A stretch of DNA of 64,000 bases. Origin: an uncultured Gemmatimonadota bacterium. Its GTDB lineage: Bacteria > Gemmatimonadota > Gemmatimonadetes > Palauibacterales > Palauibacteraceae. Numbering within the stretch: position 1 is the stretch's first letter; every line of letters begins with the position of its first letter. Position numbers and translations under genes: made by a program. The stretch covers positions 13,754 to 77,753 of the forward strand of contig CAZFDK010000009.1 of the NCBI GenBank assembly GCA_964518305.1. Direction: 5' to 3'. The notes below the pieces were generated by a model that was not told the DNA's origin, did no database searches, and saw only the letters and a program-made list of their open reading frames with translations. Below are positions 10,610-19,893 of the stretch, piece by piece.

Positions 10610-11418
10610 AGTGCCCCCACTGCGGGTACGAGGCCGACCCGGGAGAAGAGGAGTGCCCGCTGTGCGGTACTCGTCTGGAGGAAGGGGAAGAGAGCGGCCG
10701 GCCGGAGCGAGCCGCTCGGGCCGCCGCCTCCGTTGAGGAAGACTCCGGGACCGGAGAGGCGACCGGCCCGGACCGGCGTTCGGAGCGGCCTTCCCGGCAG
10801 CTGACGCCGTGGGAAGCCGGTGGCGGGATCGGCGATCTCGTCGACAGCTGGTGGGAGAGCCTCTCGGACCCGGACCGCTTCTTCTCCCGGATCGATTGGG
10901 AAGGGGGGTGGGAGAGCCCGCTCCTCTACTACCTCCTGTTCGTCGTGATCGGATCCGGCCTCGGGGCCCTGTGGTCCGCTCTCCTGATGCCGGCGTTCGT
11001 TTCCGCTTTCGGGTTCGGCAGCCTCGTTCCGACCCCCTCGGGCAGCCTCCTGCTCCGCCAGTTCTTCCTGAGTCCGTTCCGGGCGCTCTTCTCCCTGGTG
11101 GTGTTCGCGGGCGGAGCTCACCTGGTGCTCCGACTCCTGGCGGACCGGCCCCGTCGCTTCCGGTCCACGGCCCGGACCCTGTGCTACTCCGTCGGCCCGC
11201 AGCTGCTCATGGTCGTGCCGTTCCTCGGCGGCCTGGCGGCAGTGATCTGGTCCGCCGTGCTGGCCGTGGTGGGCCTGCGGACGGCGCACCGTACCAGTAC
11301 CGGACGCGTCGTGGGGGCCCTGGTCGTCGCGGCGTTCGTCTACGCCGGGTTCTCGACGGTCTGGGGACTCGTGGTCCAGCAGGCCCTCGGTGGATCGCTT
11401 CCGCTCCCGGCTTCTTGA
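10606..11418 (+). CDS. Zinc-ribbon plus YIP1-family membrane protein
   Basis: N-terminal CPHC..CPLC, PWE motif, about five hydrophobic helices. Confidence 0.7.
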   Translation: MKCPHCGYEADPGEEECPLCGTRLEEGEESGRPERAARAAASVEEDSGTGEATGPDRRSERPSRQLTPWEAGGGIGDLVDSWWESLSDPDRFFSRIDWEGGWESPLLYYLLFVVIGSGLGALWSALLMPAFVSAFGFGSLVPTPSGSLLLRQFFLSPFRALFSLVVFAGGAHLVLRLLADRPRRFRSTARTLCYSVGPQLLMVVPFLGGLAAVIWSAVLAVVGLRTAHRTSTGRVVGALVVAAFVYAGFSTVWGLVVQQALGGSLPLPAS

Positions 11419-12248
11419 TGACGGAGCGTCCCGGACGGGAGTCGGAGACCCGCCGCCTGGAACGGAAGGAGTTCGAGCGGGGGCACATCGATCCGGGCGA
11501 GGAGCCACCGGAGCCGCTGCCCGCCGCCACCGTGGTGGTGGCCCGTGCCGGGGCGGGGGGCATGGAGGTCCTGCTGCTACAGCGGCCGGAGGACTCCACT
11601 TTCGCGGCCGGCGCGTACGTGTTCGCCGGCGGCCGGGTCGACCCCGGGGATCGGGACCCGGAGCTCCTCGAGCGGGTGCACGCCGGACGGGCGGACGGCG
11701 AGCCGGAGGCGCTGGTGGCCGCCGCCCGGGAGCTGTGGGAGGAGACGGGACTGCTGATGGCACGACCCGGCGGTGACGTCGATCCGTCCCGAATAGCGGA
11801 GGCACGCCGGGAGCTTATGGAGGGAGCTACTCCCTTCGCTCGCCTGGCGGCCAGCCTGGAGCTCTCCCTCCCGCATCGCCCCGTGGGATACTTCGCGCGC
11901 TGGATCACGCCGGAGAAGCTGTCCCGCCGCTACGACACGCGCTTCTTCATGTGCGAAGATCCCGAGGGCACGGTGGGGTTGACGAGCGAGCACACCGATG
12001 CCGTCTGGCTCCGGCCGGAGCGGGCCCTCGACCTCTTCGCCGCCGGTGATCTCCCGCTCCTCTTCCCGACCCGGAAGACCCTGGAGCGCCTCGAGGGGTT
12101 CCCGGACGCGGCGACGGCGATCCGGGAACTCCGCGCCTCCGCGGTGGAGGCCGTGCGCCCCCGGATGCGGGTCCGCGACGACGGCGTCGACCCCCTCCTG
12201 CCGGGCGACGAGGGATACGACGACGCGGCCCGGACGGGCGAGGGATGA
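11418..12248 (+). CDS. NUDIX hydrolase (NUDT19-like)
   Basis: AATVVV, YVFAGGRVD, AAARELWEETGL, WITP..RRYDTRFF, FPT. Confidence 0.9.
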   Translation: MTERPGRESETRRLERKEFERGHIDPGEEPPEPLPAATVVVARAGAGGMEVLLLQRPEDSTFAAGAYVFAGGRVDPGDRDPELLERVHAGRADGEPEALVAAARELWEETGLLMARPGGDVDPSRIAEARRELMEGATPFARLAASLELSLPHRPVGYFARWITPEKLSRRYDTRFFMCEDPEGTVGLTSEHTDAVWLRPERALDLFAAGDLPLLFPTRKTLERLEGFPDAATAIRELRASAVEAVRPRMRVRDDGVDPLLPGDEGYDDAARTGEG

Positions 12249-12258
12249 TCCGACGGTG

Positions 12259-13059
12259 ATGAACATCAGATCGCCGGCTCCCGGCGTCAGGAGCGTCCGG
12301 GCCGACAATTCCGGCCCCATGACCCTCGACGGGACCCGGACGTACCTGGTGGGGGCCCGGGAGGCCGTCCTGGTGGATCCGGGCCCCGACGACACGGATG
12401 CCGAGGAGCGGTGGCGGGAGCTGGCCGACGGAGACGAAGTCACCACGGTGGCCCTGACGCACGGTCACCCGGACCACGCGGGAGGCGCCGTGCGTGCCGC
12501 CGAGCTCTTCGGCGCCCGGCTGGCTGCCGCGAGCGAAACGCTGCGCAGCCTCTCGTCCACGGGACGCTCGCTCCACGACGGCATGGAGCTGCCCGTAGAC
12601 GACGGGGAATCTTCGCTCCGGGCGCTCGAGACGCCGGGCCACTCCGGGGACCACCTCTGCTTCCTGCGCCCCTCCGACCGGGTGCTCTTCACCGGGGACC
12701 TGGTGCTGGGGCAGGGATCCAGCCTGGTGGGCCACCCCGAGGGATCGGTCTCCGACTGTCTGGCGAGCCTCGACCGGCTCCTGGAGCTGGAGGCGAGCCT
12801 CCTGCTGCCCGGCCACGGGCCGGACGTGGCGCGGGCCGTGGAGCGGCTGGCCGAATACCGGGACCACCGGCGGGACCGCACCCGCCAGATGCGGGAGGCC
12901 GTCGAGAGCGGCGCCCGCTCGGTGGAGGAGATCCGGAGGCGGGTGTACGGGGACGAAGTGCCGCCGGGGCTCGGGTGGGCGGCCGACGCCACGGTCCGTG
13001 CCCACCTGGTGCATCTGGAGGAACTGGGGGAGGATCTGCCCGAGATCGAGGGGCGGTGA
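12259..13059 (+). CDS. MBL-fold metallo-hydrolase (LACTB2-like)
   Basis: NSGPMTLDGTRTY, DPGP, THGHPDHAGG, TPGHSGDH, FTGD, PGHG, C-terminal winged helix. Confidence 0.9.
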   Translation: MNIRSPAPGVRSVRADNSGPMTLDGTRTYLVGAREAVLVDPGPDDTDAEERWRELADGDEVTTVALTHGHPDHAGGAVRAAELFGARLAAASETLRSLSSTGRSLHDGMELPVDDGESSLRALETPGHSGDHLCFLRPSDRVLFTGDLVLGQGSSLVGHPEGSVSDCLASLDRLLELEASLLLPGHGPDVARAVERLAEYRDHRRDRTRQMREAVESGARSVEEIRRRVYGDEVPPGLGWAADATVRAHLVHLEELGEDLPEIEGR

Positions 13060-13080
13060 AGCCTCAGCCGGCGGCGGAGA

Positions 13081-14163
13081 TCACTCCAGAAGCCGCTCGA
13101 TGACCGCGTGGCTGGCCCGGGGAAACGCGTACTCCTCCATCCGGCCGGGCTCCACCCACGCCCAGTCGGTGGCGGCCCGGGCCCGGGGCGTGCCCGCGAC
13201 GTGGCGGGCGTGATGCGCGTGCAGGGTGACACGCAGGTGGCTGTACTCGTGGTCTACCCGGACCACCAGCTCGCCGACCTCCACCTCTATCTCCATCTCC
13301 TCGCGCAGCTCGCGTCGCACGGCCTCCGCCGGCGATTCCTCCTCCTCCAGTTTTCCGCCCGGGAACTCCCACATGCCGCCGAGCATCCCGTCCTCGGGCC
13401 GGCGCGAGATCAGCACGCGTCCCTTCCCGTCCCAGACGACGCCGACTCCCACGTCGTGGTGGGGCCGGTCGGGGCGGTGGCGGGGAGGGGGACGCTCGGC
13501 GACGGTGCCGCGCTCGAGAGCCAGGCAGCCCTCGGCCACCGGGCACCGTCCGCAGTCCGGGTTCTCCGGAGTGCAGACCGCTTCCCCGAGATCCATGAGC
13601 GCCTGGTTCAGGTCGGCCGGGCGGCCGTCGGCCTCCTCCAGCAGAGCGCGGGCCACGTCCTCCAGCTCGGCATCGGAGGGATCCTCCACGTCGAAGAGGC
13701 GGGAGAGCACGCGGCGAGTGTTGCCGTCCACGGCTGGTGCCGGGCGACCGAAGGCCATGCTCGCCACCGCCCCAGCGGTGTACGGCCCGATACCCGGCAG
13801 GTCCCCCAGGACGGCCGGGTCCCGGGGCAGCTCACCCCCGTGCTCGCGCACGACCTGCGCCGCGGCGTCGTGGAGCCACCGCGCCCGAGCGTAGTAGCCG
13901 AGCCCCTCCCAGGCCTTCAGCACCTCGTCGCGGTCCGCGCCGGCCAGCGACTCCACGTCGGGAAAGCGCTGCAGGAAGTCGTGCCAGTATTCGCGAACGG
14001 TCCCGACGCGGGTCTGTTGCGCCATGACCTCCGCTACCCAGATGCGGTACGGGCTGTCCTCGCCCCGCCACGGTACGTCTCGCTGCCGGCCGTCGTACCA
14101 GGCCAGCAGGCTCTCCACCGCGTCGGGCGAGGCCTTTGCTACCCTCCCCCCGTCACGGCTCAC
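13081..14163 (-). CDS. mutY: A/G-specific adenine glycosylase MutY with C-terminal NUDIX domain
   Basis: PYRIWVAEVMAQQT, WEGLGYYARAR, LPGIGPYTA, VDGN, C-x6-C-x2-C-x5-C FeS motif, WEFPGG. GTG start overlaps the dapF stop. Confidence 0.95.
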   Translation of the reverse strand: MSRDGGRVAKASPDAVESLLAWYDGRQRDVPWRGEDSPYRIWVAEVMAQQTRVGTVREYWHDFLQRFPDVESLAGADRDEVLKAWEGLGYYARARWLHDAAAQVVREHGGELPRDPAVLGDLPGIGPYTAGAVASMAFGRPAPAVDGNTRRVLSRLFDVEDPSDAELEDVARALLEEADGRPADLNQALMDLGEAVCTPENPDCGRCPVAEGCLALERGTVAERPPPRHRPDRPHHDVGVGVVWDGKGRVLISRRPEDGMLGGMWEFPGGKLEEEESPAEAVRRELREEMEIEVEVGELVVRVDHEYSHLRVTLHAHHARHVAGTPRARAATDWAWVEPGRMEEYAFPRASHAVIERLLE

Positions 14164-14981
14164 GCCGGCTGCGGGAACCGGCCCTCGAAGATCCGGCTCG
14201 CCGGGCCGGCGAGCCGGACCGCCTCGCCCTCGCTCCACCCCCCGGGGGAGTCCTCTCCGAGGCGGGCCACCCGGAGGGAGGCGCTGCTCCGGGTGGTGAG
14301 CTCGAGCTCCCGGCCGGCGAGGCCCGCCCGGTTCAGGGCCAGGAGGGTGGCCATGGCTCCGCTGCCGCAGGCCGAGGTCTCGCCCTCCACGCCCCGCTCC
14401 CACGTCCGGATGTTGCCGGAAGCCGGGGTCTCGAGTTCCACCAGGTTCACGTTCGCCCCCCCAGCTCCCAGCGCATCGTGCCGGCGGAGGGGCCGGCAGA
14501 GATCGCCGATAGGGCCCTCCGGCATCTCCTCCCGGGGCAGTATTAGGTGGGGGACCCCGACCCGGACCAGCCACGCTCTCCGCGGGCCGTCGGGCGTCTC
14601 CAGCTCCGGGTGCTCCTCCACGTCCGGCCGGAGCCGGTACACCAGAACCACCTCCTCACCCCCGACCTCGGCCTGGATGGGGCCCTGGCCGGTGAGGAGC
14701 ACGTGGCGGGGGTCCGCCCGGCCCTCATCCACCAGGTAGCGCGAGGCACAGCGGGCCCCGTTGCCGCACATGTCGATCTCCGACCCGTCCGGGTTGAAGA
14801 ACCGAATCCGGTATCGACCGGGTGCGTCCCGGGCGGTCACCACGAGCCCGTCCACGCCGACGCCGGTGGCGCGGGGGCAGATCCTTCGGGCCACGTCGGA
14901 GGGGTCGCCTCCGGGGAGCTGCTCGTCGACGGCGAGGACGAAGTCGTTGCCGGCGCCGCTGTATTTGCTGAAGGGGATCAT
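14160..14981 (-). CDS. dapF: Diaminopimelate epimerase
   Basis: FSKYSGAGNDF, GVGVDG, NPDGS..MCGNGARC, GVPH, ERGVEGETSACGSG. Confidence 0.95.
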   Translation of the reverse strand: MIPFSKYSGAGNDFVLAVDEQLPGGDPSDVARRICPRATGVGVDGLVVTARDAPGRYRIRFFNPDGSEIDMCGNGARCASRYLVDEGRADPRHVLLTGQGPIQAEVGGEEVVLVYRLRPDVEEHPELETPDGPRRAWLVRVGVPHLILPREEMPEGPIGDLCRPLRRHDALGAGGANVNLVELETPASGNIRTWERGVEGETSACGSGAMATLLALNRAGLAGRELELTTRSSASLRVARLGEDSPGGWSEGEAVRLAGPASRIFEGRFPQPA

Positions 14982-15063
14982 ATGACCGTGAACATTAGGC
15001 CTGCGCGCGCGAACCTGGCAAACGGGCCGCGACGCTTTGAGGCGTCGTTGACGTCCGGCGGCA

Positions 15064-15858
15064 GTGTGGGACGTGATCCGATTCCAGGCGGTGAGCAAGC
15101 GATACGGCCGGTGGCCCGGTCGGCGGAATGAGGCACTCCGTGCGCTGGACCTGCGGGTGCGGCCCGGCGAGCTGGTGGCCCTGGTGGGGCGGAACGGGGC
15201 CGGGAAGTCCACCGTCCTGGGCCTGACGCTGGGCTTTCTGCGAGCCTCGGAGGGCAGGGTCCGGGTCGGCGGCGAGGCACCCCGGACCTACGTCCGCGGC
15301 CACGGGGCCGGATACCTTCCGGAGAACTTTTCGCCACCGGGACAGCTGCGCGCCGACCGGGTCCTCCTCCGTCTGGCGCTGCTGGACGGCCTCGACCGGG
15401 CCGCGGCCCGCCGAAGCGTCCGCGAGGCGCTGGCCCGCGCGGGCCTCGAGGGATCCGGTCGCAGGCGGGTGAAGACACTCTCCCGGGGCAATCGGCAGCG
15501 GCTCGCGTTGGCGCAGCTGCTGCTCCGCTCCCGGGAGGTGCTCCTGCTGGACGAGCCGTGGGGCGGGCTCGACCCCGGGGGAAGGAGCAGGCTCCGCGAG
15601 ATCCTTGGTGAGCTCCGCCGGGAGCGTCCGGGGGCGGCCATGATCGTGGCGTCCCACGACCTGGGCCAGGTGGCGCGGGTGGCCGACCGCGCCGTGGTCC
15701 TGGACGAGGGACGTGCGGTCGATCGGGTCCGGCTGGGCAGAGCCGACGATGCCGGCGACCTGGAGCGGAGGGTCCTGGAATGCGGCGTCGGTGCGGGGAG
15801 GGGGCGAGCGGAGCGGGACGGAAGACGGGCCCCTCCCCGGGTCGGGGGTGCCGGATGA
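15064..15858 (+). CDS. ABC transporter ATP-binding protein
   Basis: GRNGAGKST, LSRGNRQR, LLLDEP, ASH. Confidence 0.9.
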   Translation: MWDVIRFQAVSKRYGRWPGRRNEALRALDLRVRPGELVALVGRNGAGKSTVLGLTLGFLRASEGRVRVGGEAPRTYVRGHGAGYLPENFSPPGQLRADRVLLRLALLDGLDRAAARRSVREALARAGLEGSGRRRVKTLSRGNRQRLALAQLLLRSREVLLLDEPWGGLDPGGRSRLREILGELRRERPGAAMIVASHDLGQVARVADRAVVLDEGRAVDRVRLGRADDAGDLERRVLECGVGAGRGRAERDGRRAPPRVGGAG

Positions 15859-16613
15859 TACCGTGGCTCGCGGCGGCGAGCTCCTGGGCCCGTGATCGGG
15901 CAGGCCGTGCGGCGCTGCTGGCCGCCGCCGGCGCCGCACTCCTCCTCCCGCGGGCCCTTGCCCTCGAAGCCGAGGGTCCCGCGGCCGCCGGCTTCCGGGC
16001 CGGGCTCGAGGCCGGCCCCGGCTCCGGCTCCGGCCTGCTGGCCGGTCTGTGGGGCATCTTCCTCCTGGCCGGCGTGCTGATCCTGTGGCAGGGAATCGTC
16101 GCCTCCGACGTGGAGAGCGGGCGTTTCCGCAGCGTGCTGGTGCGCCCGGTGTGGCGTCCCGGGATCTTTGTGGCGCGGCACGTCGCAGCCCTCGTGCTCC
16201 TCGCCGCTGCTGCCGCGGCTGTCGGGGTGCTCCTGTGGGTCGCCGGAGTCGGGGGCGTTCCGGATCCGGCGGGTATGCTCGCGGCGTCGGTTCTGACCGG
16301 CTGGACGCTGGGTGCACTTCTCCTGCTGCTCTCGGCGCTCCTCGACCGCGGTGGCATCCTGGCGGCCGTGGCCCTCTTCATGGCTCCCGGAGCCCTGGAC
16401 GGACTCCTGGCCCGGGAGACCCTGCTGGCGGCGGCGGGCCGGCGCATCTCGGCGGGTCTCCCCCCGATGCTGCCGCTGGCGGAGCTCCGCGCCGAGCTGC
16501 TGGCCGGGGCGAGACCCGACGGCCAGATCCTGCTGGTAGCGCTCCTCTACGGCGGGGCGGCGCTCGCGCTCGCCGTCCTCCGGCTCCAGCTGCGGGAGTA
16601 CCGGGCCGGCTGA
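15855..16613 (+). CDS. ABC-2-type exporter permease (putative)
   Basis: Hydrophobic multi-TM protein, DVESG..RSVLVRPV.R motif, coupled to the ATPase by ATGA overlap. Confidence 0.7.
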   Translation: MIPWLAAASSWARDRAGRAALLAAAGAALLLPRALALEAEGPAAAGFRAGLEAGPGSGSGLLAGLWGIFLLAGVLILWQGIVASDVESGRFRSVLVRPVWRPGIFVARHVAALVLLAAAAAAVGVLLWVAGVGGVPDPAGMLAASVLTGWTLGALLLLLSALLDRGGILAAVALFMAPGALDGLLARETLLAAAGRRISAGLPPMLPLAELRAELLAGARPDGQILLVALLYGGAALALAVLRLQLREYRAG

Positions 16614-16729
16614 AGGCGGCAGAGCCACTTCTGCGGCCGCCGGGCTCCGGCTATCTTGGCCGGCGGTCGGGGTCGTCCGCGTCCGCCACACCCCGGCATC
16701 CCGAACCTCTCCCAGCATCCGCCGAGGAG

Positions 16730-17797
16730 ATGAGCATGCGACGCTTCTTCCAGCGGAAGATGCACAAGGCGGGCATGCCGCCCGGCTCGGTGGTCTACGT
16801 CGGCGACGAGCCCCGCGAGCCGGCCCGGCTCACCGTCATCGACTACGGCCGGGATCACTACGAGGAGCGGGAAGTCGAAGACCTGTCGGAGGTGGACTAC
16901 TACCGGGACAGCGGATCGGTGACCTGGATCAACGTGGACGGCGTGCACGAGACGGAGATCGTGGAGGAGATCGGCGATCGGTACGGCCTCCACCCGCTGC
17001 TCATGGAGGACGTCGTGAGCACGGGGCAGCGGCCGAAGACGGAGGAGTACGAGGAGCACCTGTTCCTGGTACTCCGGATGCTCGTTCCCGAGGACGGGGG
17101 AATCGCGCGGGACGAGCAGGTGAGCCTCGTGGTCGGACCGAGCTGGATCGTCTCCTTCCAGGAGCACCGCGGCGACGTCTTCGACGACCTGCGCGGCCGC
17201 CTGCGGAACGGGAAGTCACGGGCCCGTACGGCCGGGCCGGACTACCTGGCCTATCGGATTCTGGACGCCGTCGTGGATCAGTACTTCGTGGTGCTGGAGC
17301 ACATGGGCGACGCGCTGGAAGAGCTGGAGGAGCAGGTCGTGGAGGAGCCGGATCAGGAGACGCTGGAAGCGGTCCATGCGGTCAGAGGGGAGCTCCTGTT
17401 CCTCCGGCGCGCGGCGTGGCCGGTTCGGGAGATGGTCAACGGCCTGCAGAGGGTCGAGTCGGAGCTGATCTCCCGGGAGACTGATCCGTATCTCCGGGAC
17501 GTCTACGACCATGCCGTCCAGGTCATCGACACGACCGAGACCTACCGCGACCTGGTCTCCGGCCTGGTGGACCTCTACATGTCCGGCGTCAGCAACCGGA
17601 TGAACGAGGTGATGAAGGTGCTGACCGTCATCGCCACGGTCTTCATTCCCGTGACCTTCGTGGCCGGCATCTACGGGATGAACTTCGAATGGATGCCGGA
17701 GCTCCAGTGGCGCTGGGGATACCCGGCCGTACTGGGCCTGATGACCGTGATGGTCGGTGGGATGGTCGTCTATTTCCGGCGCCGCGACTGGATCTGA
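16730..17797 (+). CDS. corA: Magnesium/cobalt transporter CorA
   Basis: GMPPGS, WINVDG, HPLLMED, QRPK, MNEVMKVLT, YGMNF..MPEL signature. Confidence 0.97.
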   Translation: MSMRRFFQRKMHKAGMPPGSVVYVGDEPREPARLTVIDYGRDHYEEREVEDLSEVDYYRDSGSVTWINVDGVHETEIVEEIGDRYGLHPLLMEDVVSTGQRPKTEEYEEHLFLVLRMLVPEDGGIARDEQVSLVVGPSWIVSFQEHRGDVFDDLRGRLRNGKSRARTAGPDYLAYRILDAVVDQYFVVLEHMGDALEELEEQVVEEPDQETLEAVHAVRGELLFLRRAAWPVREMVNGLQRVESELISRETDPYLRDVYDHAVQVIDTTETYRDLVSGLVDLYMSGVSNRMNEVMKVLTVIATVFIPVTFVAGIYGMNFEWMPELQWRWGYPAVLGLMTVMVGGMVVYFRRRDWI

Positions 17798-17848
17798 TCC
17801 GGGCGGGCGGTCGTCCGGCGGAAAGCCGTGGAGGCGCCGGGCTCGATC

Positions 17849-17878
17849 TTGACGTCCCCAGTGCTCAGCGGGTATCCT
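17849..17878 (+). promoter_or_regulatory. Sigma-70-type promoter upstream of gcvH
   Basis: TTGACG-N18-TATCCT. Confidence 0.55.
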
Positions 17879-17880
17879 CC

Positions 17881-17963
17881 CGGGTCGCAGAACGCCGGTC
17901 GGCGGCCCCGCCCGAGGCGGGGCGCGGTCTTCCGATCGGCGTTCTCAGGAGGTCGCTGACCCG
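17881..17963 (+). promoter_or_regulatory. Structured 5' leader (long nested hairpin) upstream of gcvH
   Basis: 14-bp stem 17889-17902/17932-17945 (one G-U), inner 8-bp stem 17905-17912/17916-17923, outer CGGGTC/GACCCG. Confidence 0.45.
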
Positions 17964-18032
17964 AACCCGGCGGCCCGACCCCCCGGTCCAGCCGCACGCA
18001 GCCGTAGACTCTCACGCCGGAGGAGGCGTTCG

Positions 18033-18425
18033 ATGTCAGAGGTGCCCGACGGACTCCGCTACACCGAGGAGCACGAATACGTCCGCGAGACGGACGGCGA
18101 CGGCGGGGTGGTGGTCGGAATCACCGACTTCGCCCAGGAGGAGCTGGGCGACGTGGTGTTCGTCGAGCTTCCGCGGGAGGGAGACAGCTTCGACCGGATG
18201 GAGCCCTTCGGGACCATAGAGGCCGTGAAGGCCGTCTCCGAGCTGTACACGCCGGTCTCCGGCGAGGTGACGGAGATCAACGCGGACCTCGACGACCGGC
18301 CGGAGCTCGTCAACGAGGAAGCGTACGGGGACGGGTGGATGATCCGTCTCCGGCTGGACGACCCTTCGGAGCTCGACGCACTGATGGGCGCCGACGAGTA
18401 CAGGGAGCACATCGGAGAGGCCTGA
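18033..18425 (+). CDS. gcvH: Glycine cleavage system H protein
   Basis: YTEEHEY, GITDFAQEELGDVVFVELP, IEAVKAVSE (lipoyl Lys), YGDGWM. Confidence 0.98.
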   Translation: MSEVPDGLRYTEEHEYVRETDGDGGVVVGITDFAQEELGDVVFVELPREGDSFDRMEPFGTIEAVKAVSELYTPVSGEVTEINADLDDRPELVNEEAYGDGWMIRLRLDDPSELDALMGADEYREHIGEA

Positions 18426-18520
18426 GCCGGCTCTCGCGACTCCGGCTCCGACCCCATCCGTCCGCCTCAGCAACATCAAGCCCGGGGCATGCCCCGGGCC
18501 CTCGGACCCGGGAAGGATTC

Positions 18521-19855
18521 ATGTCGTTCGTACCGCACAGCGAGGCCGATCGGCGCGAGATGTTGCGCTCGATCGGCATTGGAGAGGTCGACGAGCTCTT
18601 CGAGGACATCCCCGCCGAGCTCAAGATCGACGGTGAGCTGGATCTCCCGCCGGCTCTGTCGGAGTGGGAGGCCTACAGCGAGACCGGCCAGTTGGCCGAC
18701 GAGAACGAGTCGCTGACGAGCTTCGCCGGTGCCGGTATCTACGACCACCACGTTCCGTCGGCGGTGGACCATCTCATACGGCGAAGCGAGTTCTACACGG
18801 CCTACACGCCCTACCAGGCAGAAGTCTCGCAGGGGACACTGCAGGTCATCTACGAGTTCCAGACCATGGTCTGCGAGCTCACCGGCATGGAGGTGGCCAA
18901 CGCCTCTCTGTACGACGGGCCGACGGCCGCCGGAGAGGCGGCGCTCATGGCGCGGTCGGTGACACGGCGCGATGGAGTCGTGGTCGCCGGTTCTCTCCAT
19001 CCGCACTACCGGAAGGTCATCCAGACCTATCTGGCCGGAATGGGCGACGAGCTGGACACGGTGCCCGCCGGGGAGCAGGGGATCGTCGAACCGGGTCGCG
19101 TCGCCGATGCCGTCGACGAGGACACCGCGTGTGTCGTGTTGCAGTACCCGAACTTCTTCGGCCTTCTCGAGGAGGTGGAGGAGGTGGCCGAGGCGACCCA
19201 CGACACCGGTGCCCTGCTCGTGGTGGCGGCCGATCCCGTGACCCTGGCGCTGCTCCGCTCCCCGGGAGATGCCGGGGCGGACGTGGTGGTGGCCGAGGGG
19301 CAGCCCTTCGGGAATCCGCAGAGCTTCGGCGGGCCCGTGGTGGGGCTCTTCGCCTCGCTCGAGGACCACATCCGGGACATGCCGGGTCGGATCGCCGCCA
19401 CCACGGTCGACGAGGACGGCCAGCCCGGGTACGTGCTCACCCTCCAGACGCGTGAGCAACAGATCCGGAGGGAGCGCGCCACCAGCAACATCTGCACGAA
19501 TCAGGGCCTCAACGCCCTGGCCGCCACCATCTATCTGTCCCTGGTCGGGCGAGAGGGCCTGCGGCAGGTGGCGGAGACGTCGTTCCAGAACGCGCACTAC
19601 GCCCGCGACCGGCTGGCGGAGGCCCCCGGGGTCCGACTCCTCCACCCCGACGCGTCCGTCGTCCGGGAGTTCGCGGTGGCCACGGACGAGGACTCCGGCT
19701 CGATCCTGGAGCGGGCGGCCGGGGAGGGGCTCCTGGCCGGCGTGAGCCTGTCGCGGTTTCCCGAGCTCGAGGCGCCGGACGGGCTGCTGCTGGCCTTCAC
19801 CGAGAAGCGCACTCGCGCGGAGGTCGACCGGCTGGTGGACGTCGTCGCCGGCTGA
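18521..19855 (+). CDS. gcvPA: Glycine dehydrogenase subunit 1
   Basis: FAGAGIYDHH, EFYTAYTPYQAEVSQG, ANASLYDG, REQQIRRERATSNICTNQ. Confidence 0.97.
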   Translation: MSFVPHSEADRREMLRSIGIGEVDELFEDIPAELKIDGELDLPPALSEWEAYSETGQLADENESLTSFAGAGIYDHHVPSAVDHLIRRSEFYTAYTPYQAEVSQGTLQVIYEFQTMVCELTGMEVANASLYDGPTAAGEAALMARSVTRRDGVVVAGSLHPHYRKVIQTYLAGMGDELDTVPAGEQGIVEPGRVADAVDEDTACVVLQYPNFFGLLEEVEEVAEATHDTGALLVVAADPVTLALLRSPGDAGADVVVAEGQPFGNPQSFGGPVVGLFASLEDHIRDMPGRIAATTVDEDGQPGYVLTLQTREQQIRRERATSNICTNQGLNALAATIYLSLVGREGLRQVAETSFQNAHYARDRLAEAPGVRLLHPDASVVREFAVATDEDSGSILERAAGEGLLAGVSLSRFPELEAPDGLLLAFTEKRTRAEVDRLVDVVAG

Positions 19856-19893
19856 ATCACATCGAGAAAAACGAGATACTGGGAGGGACGACC

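Noticed and set aside
17881-17963. Calling the hairpin SRP RNA, 6S RNA or a canonical glycine riboswitch
   Set aside because: The conserved SRP loop motif and the full set of glycine aptamer motifs are absent, and it is too short for 6S; kept only as an unassigned leader.
18480-18499. Perfect palindrome GCCCGGGGCATGCCCCGGGC between gcvH and gcvPA
   Set aside because: No U-tract and no other copies noticed; most likely an mRNA stability or processing hairpin.
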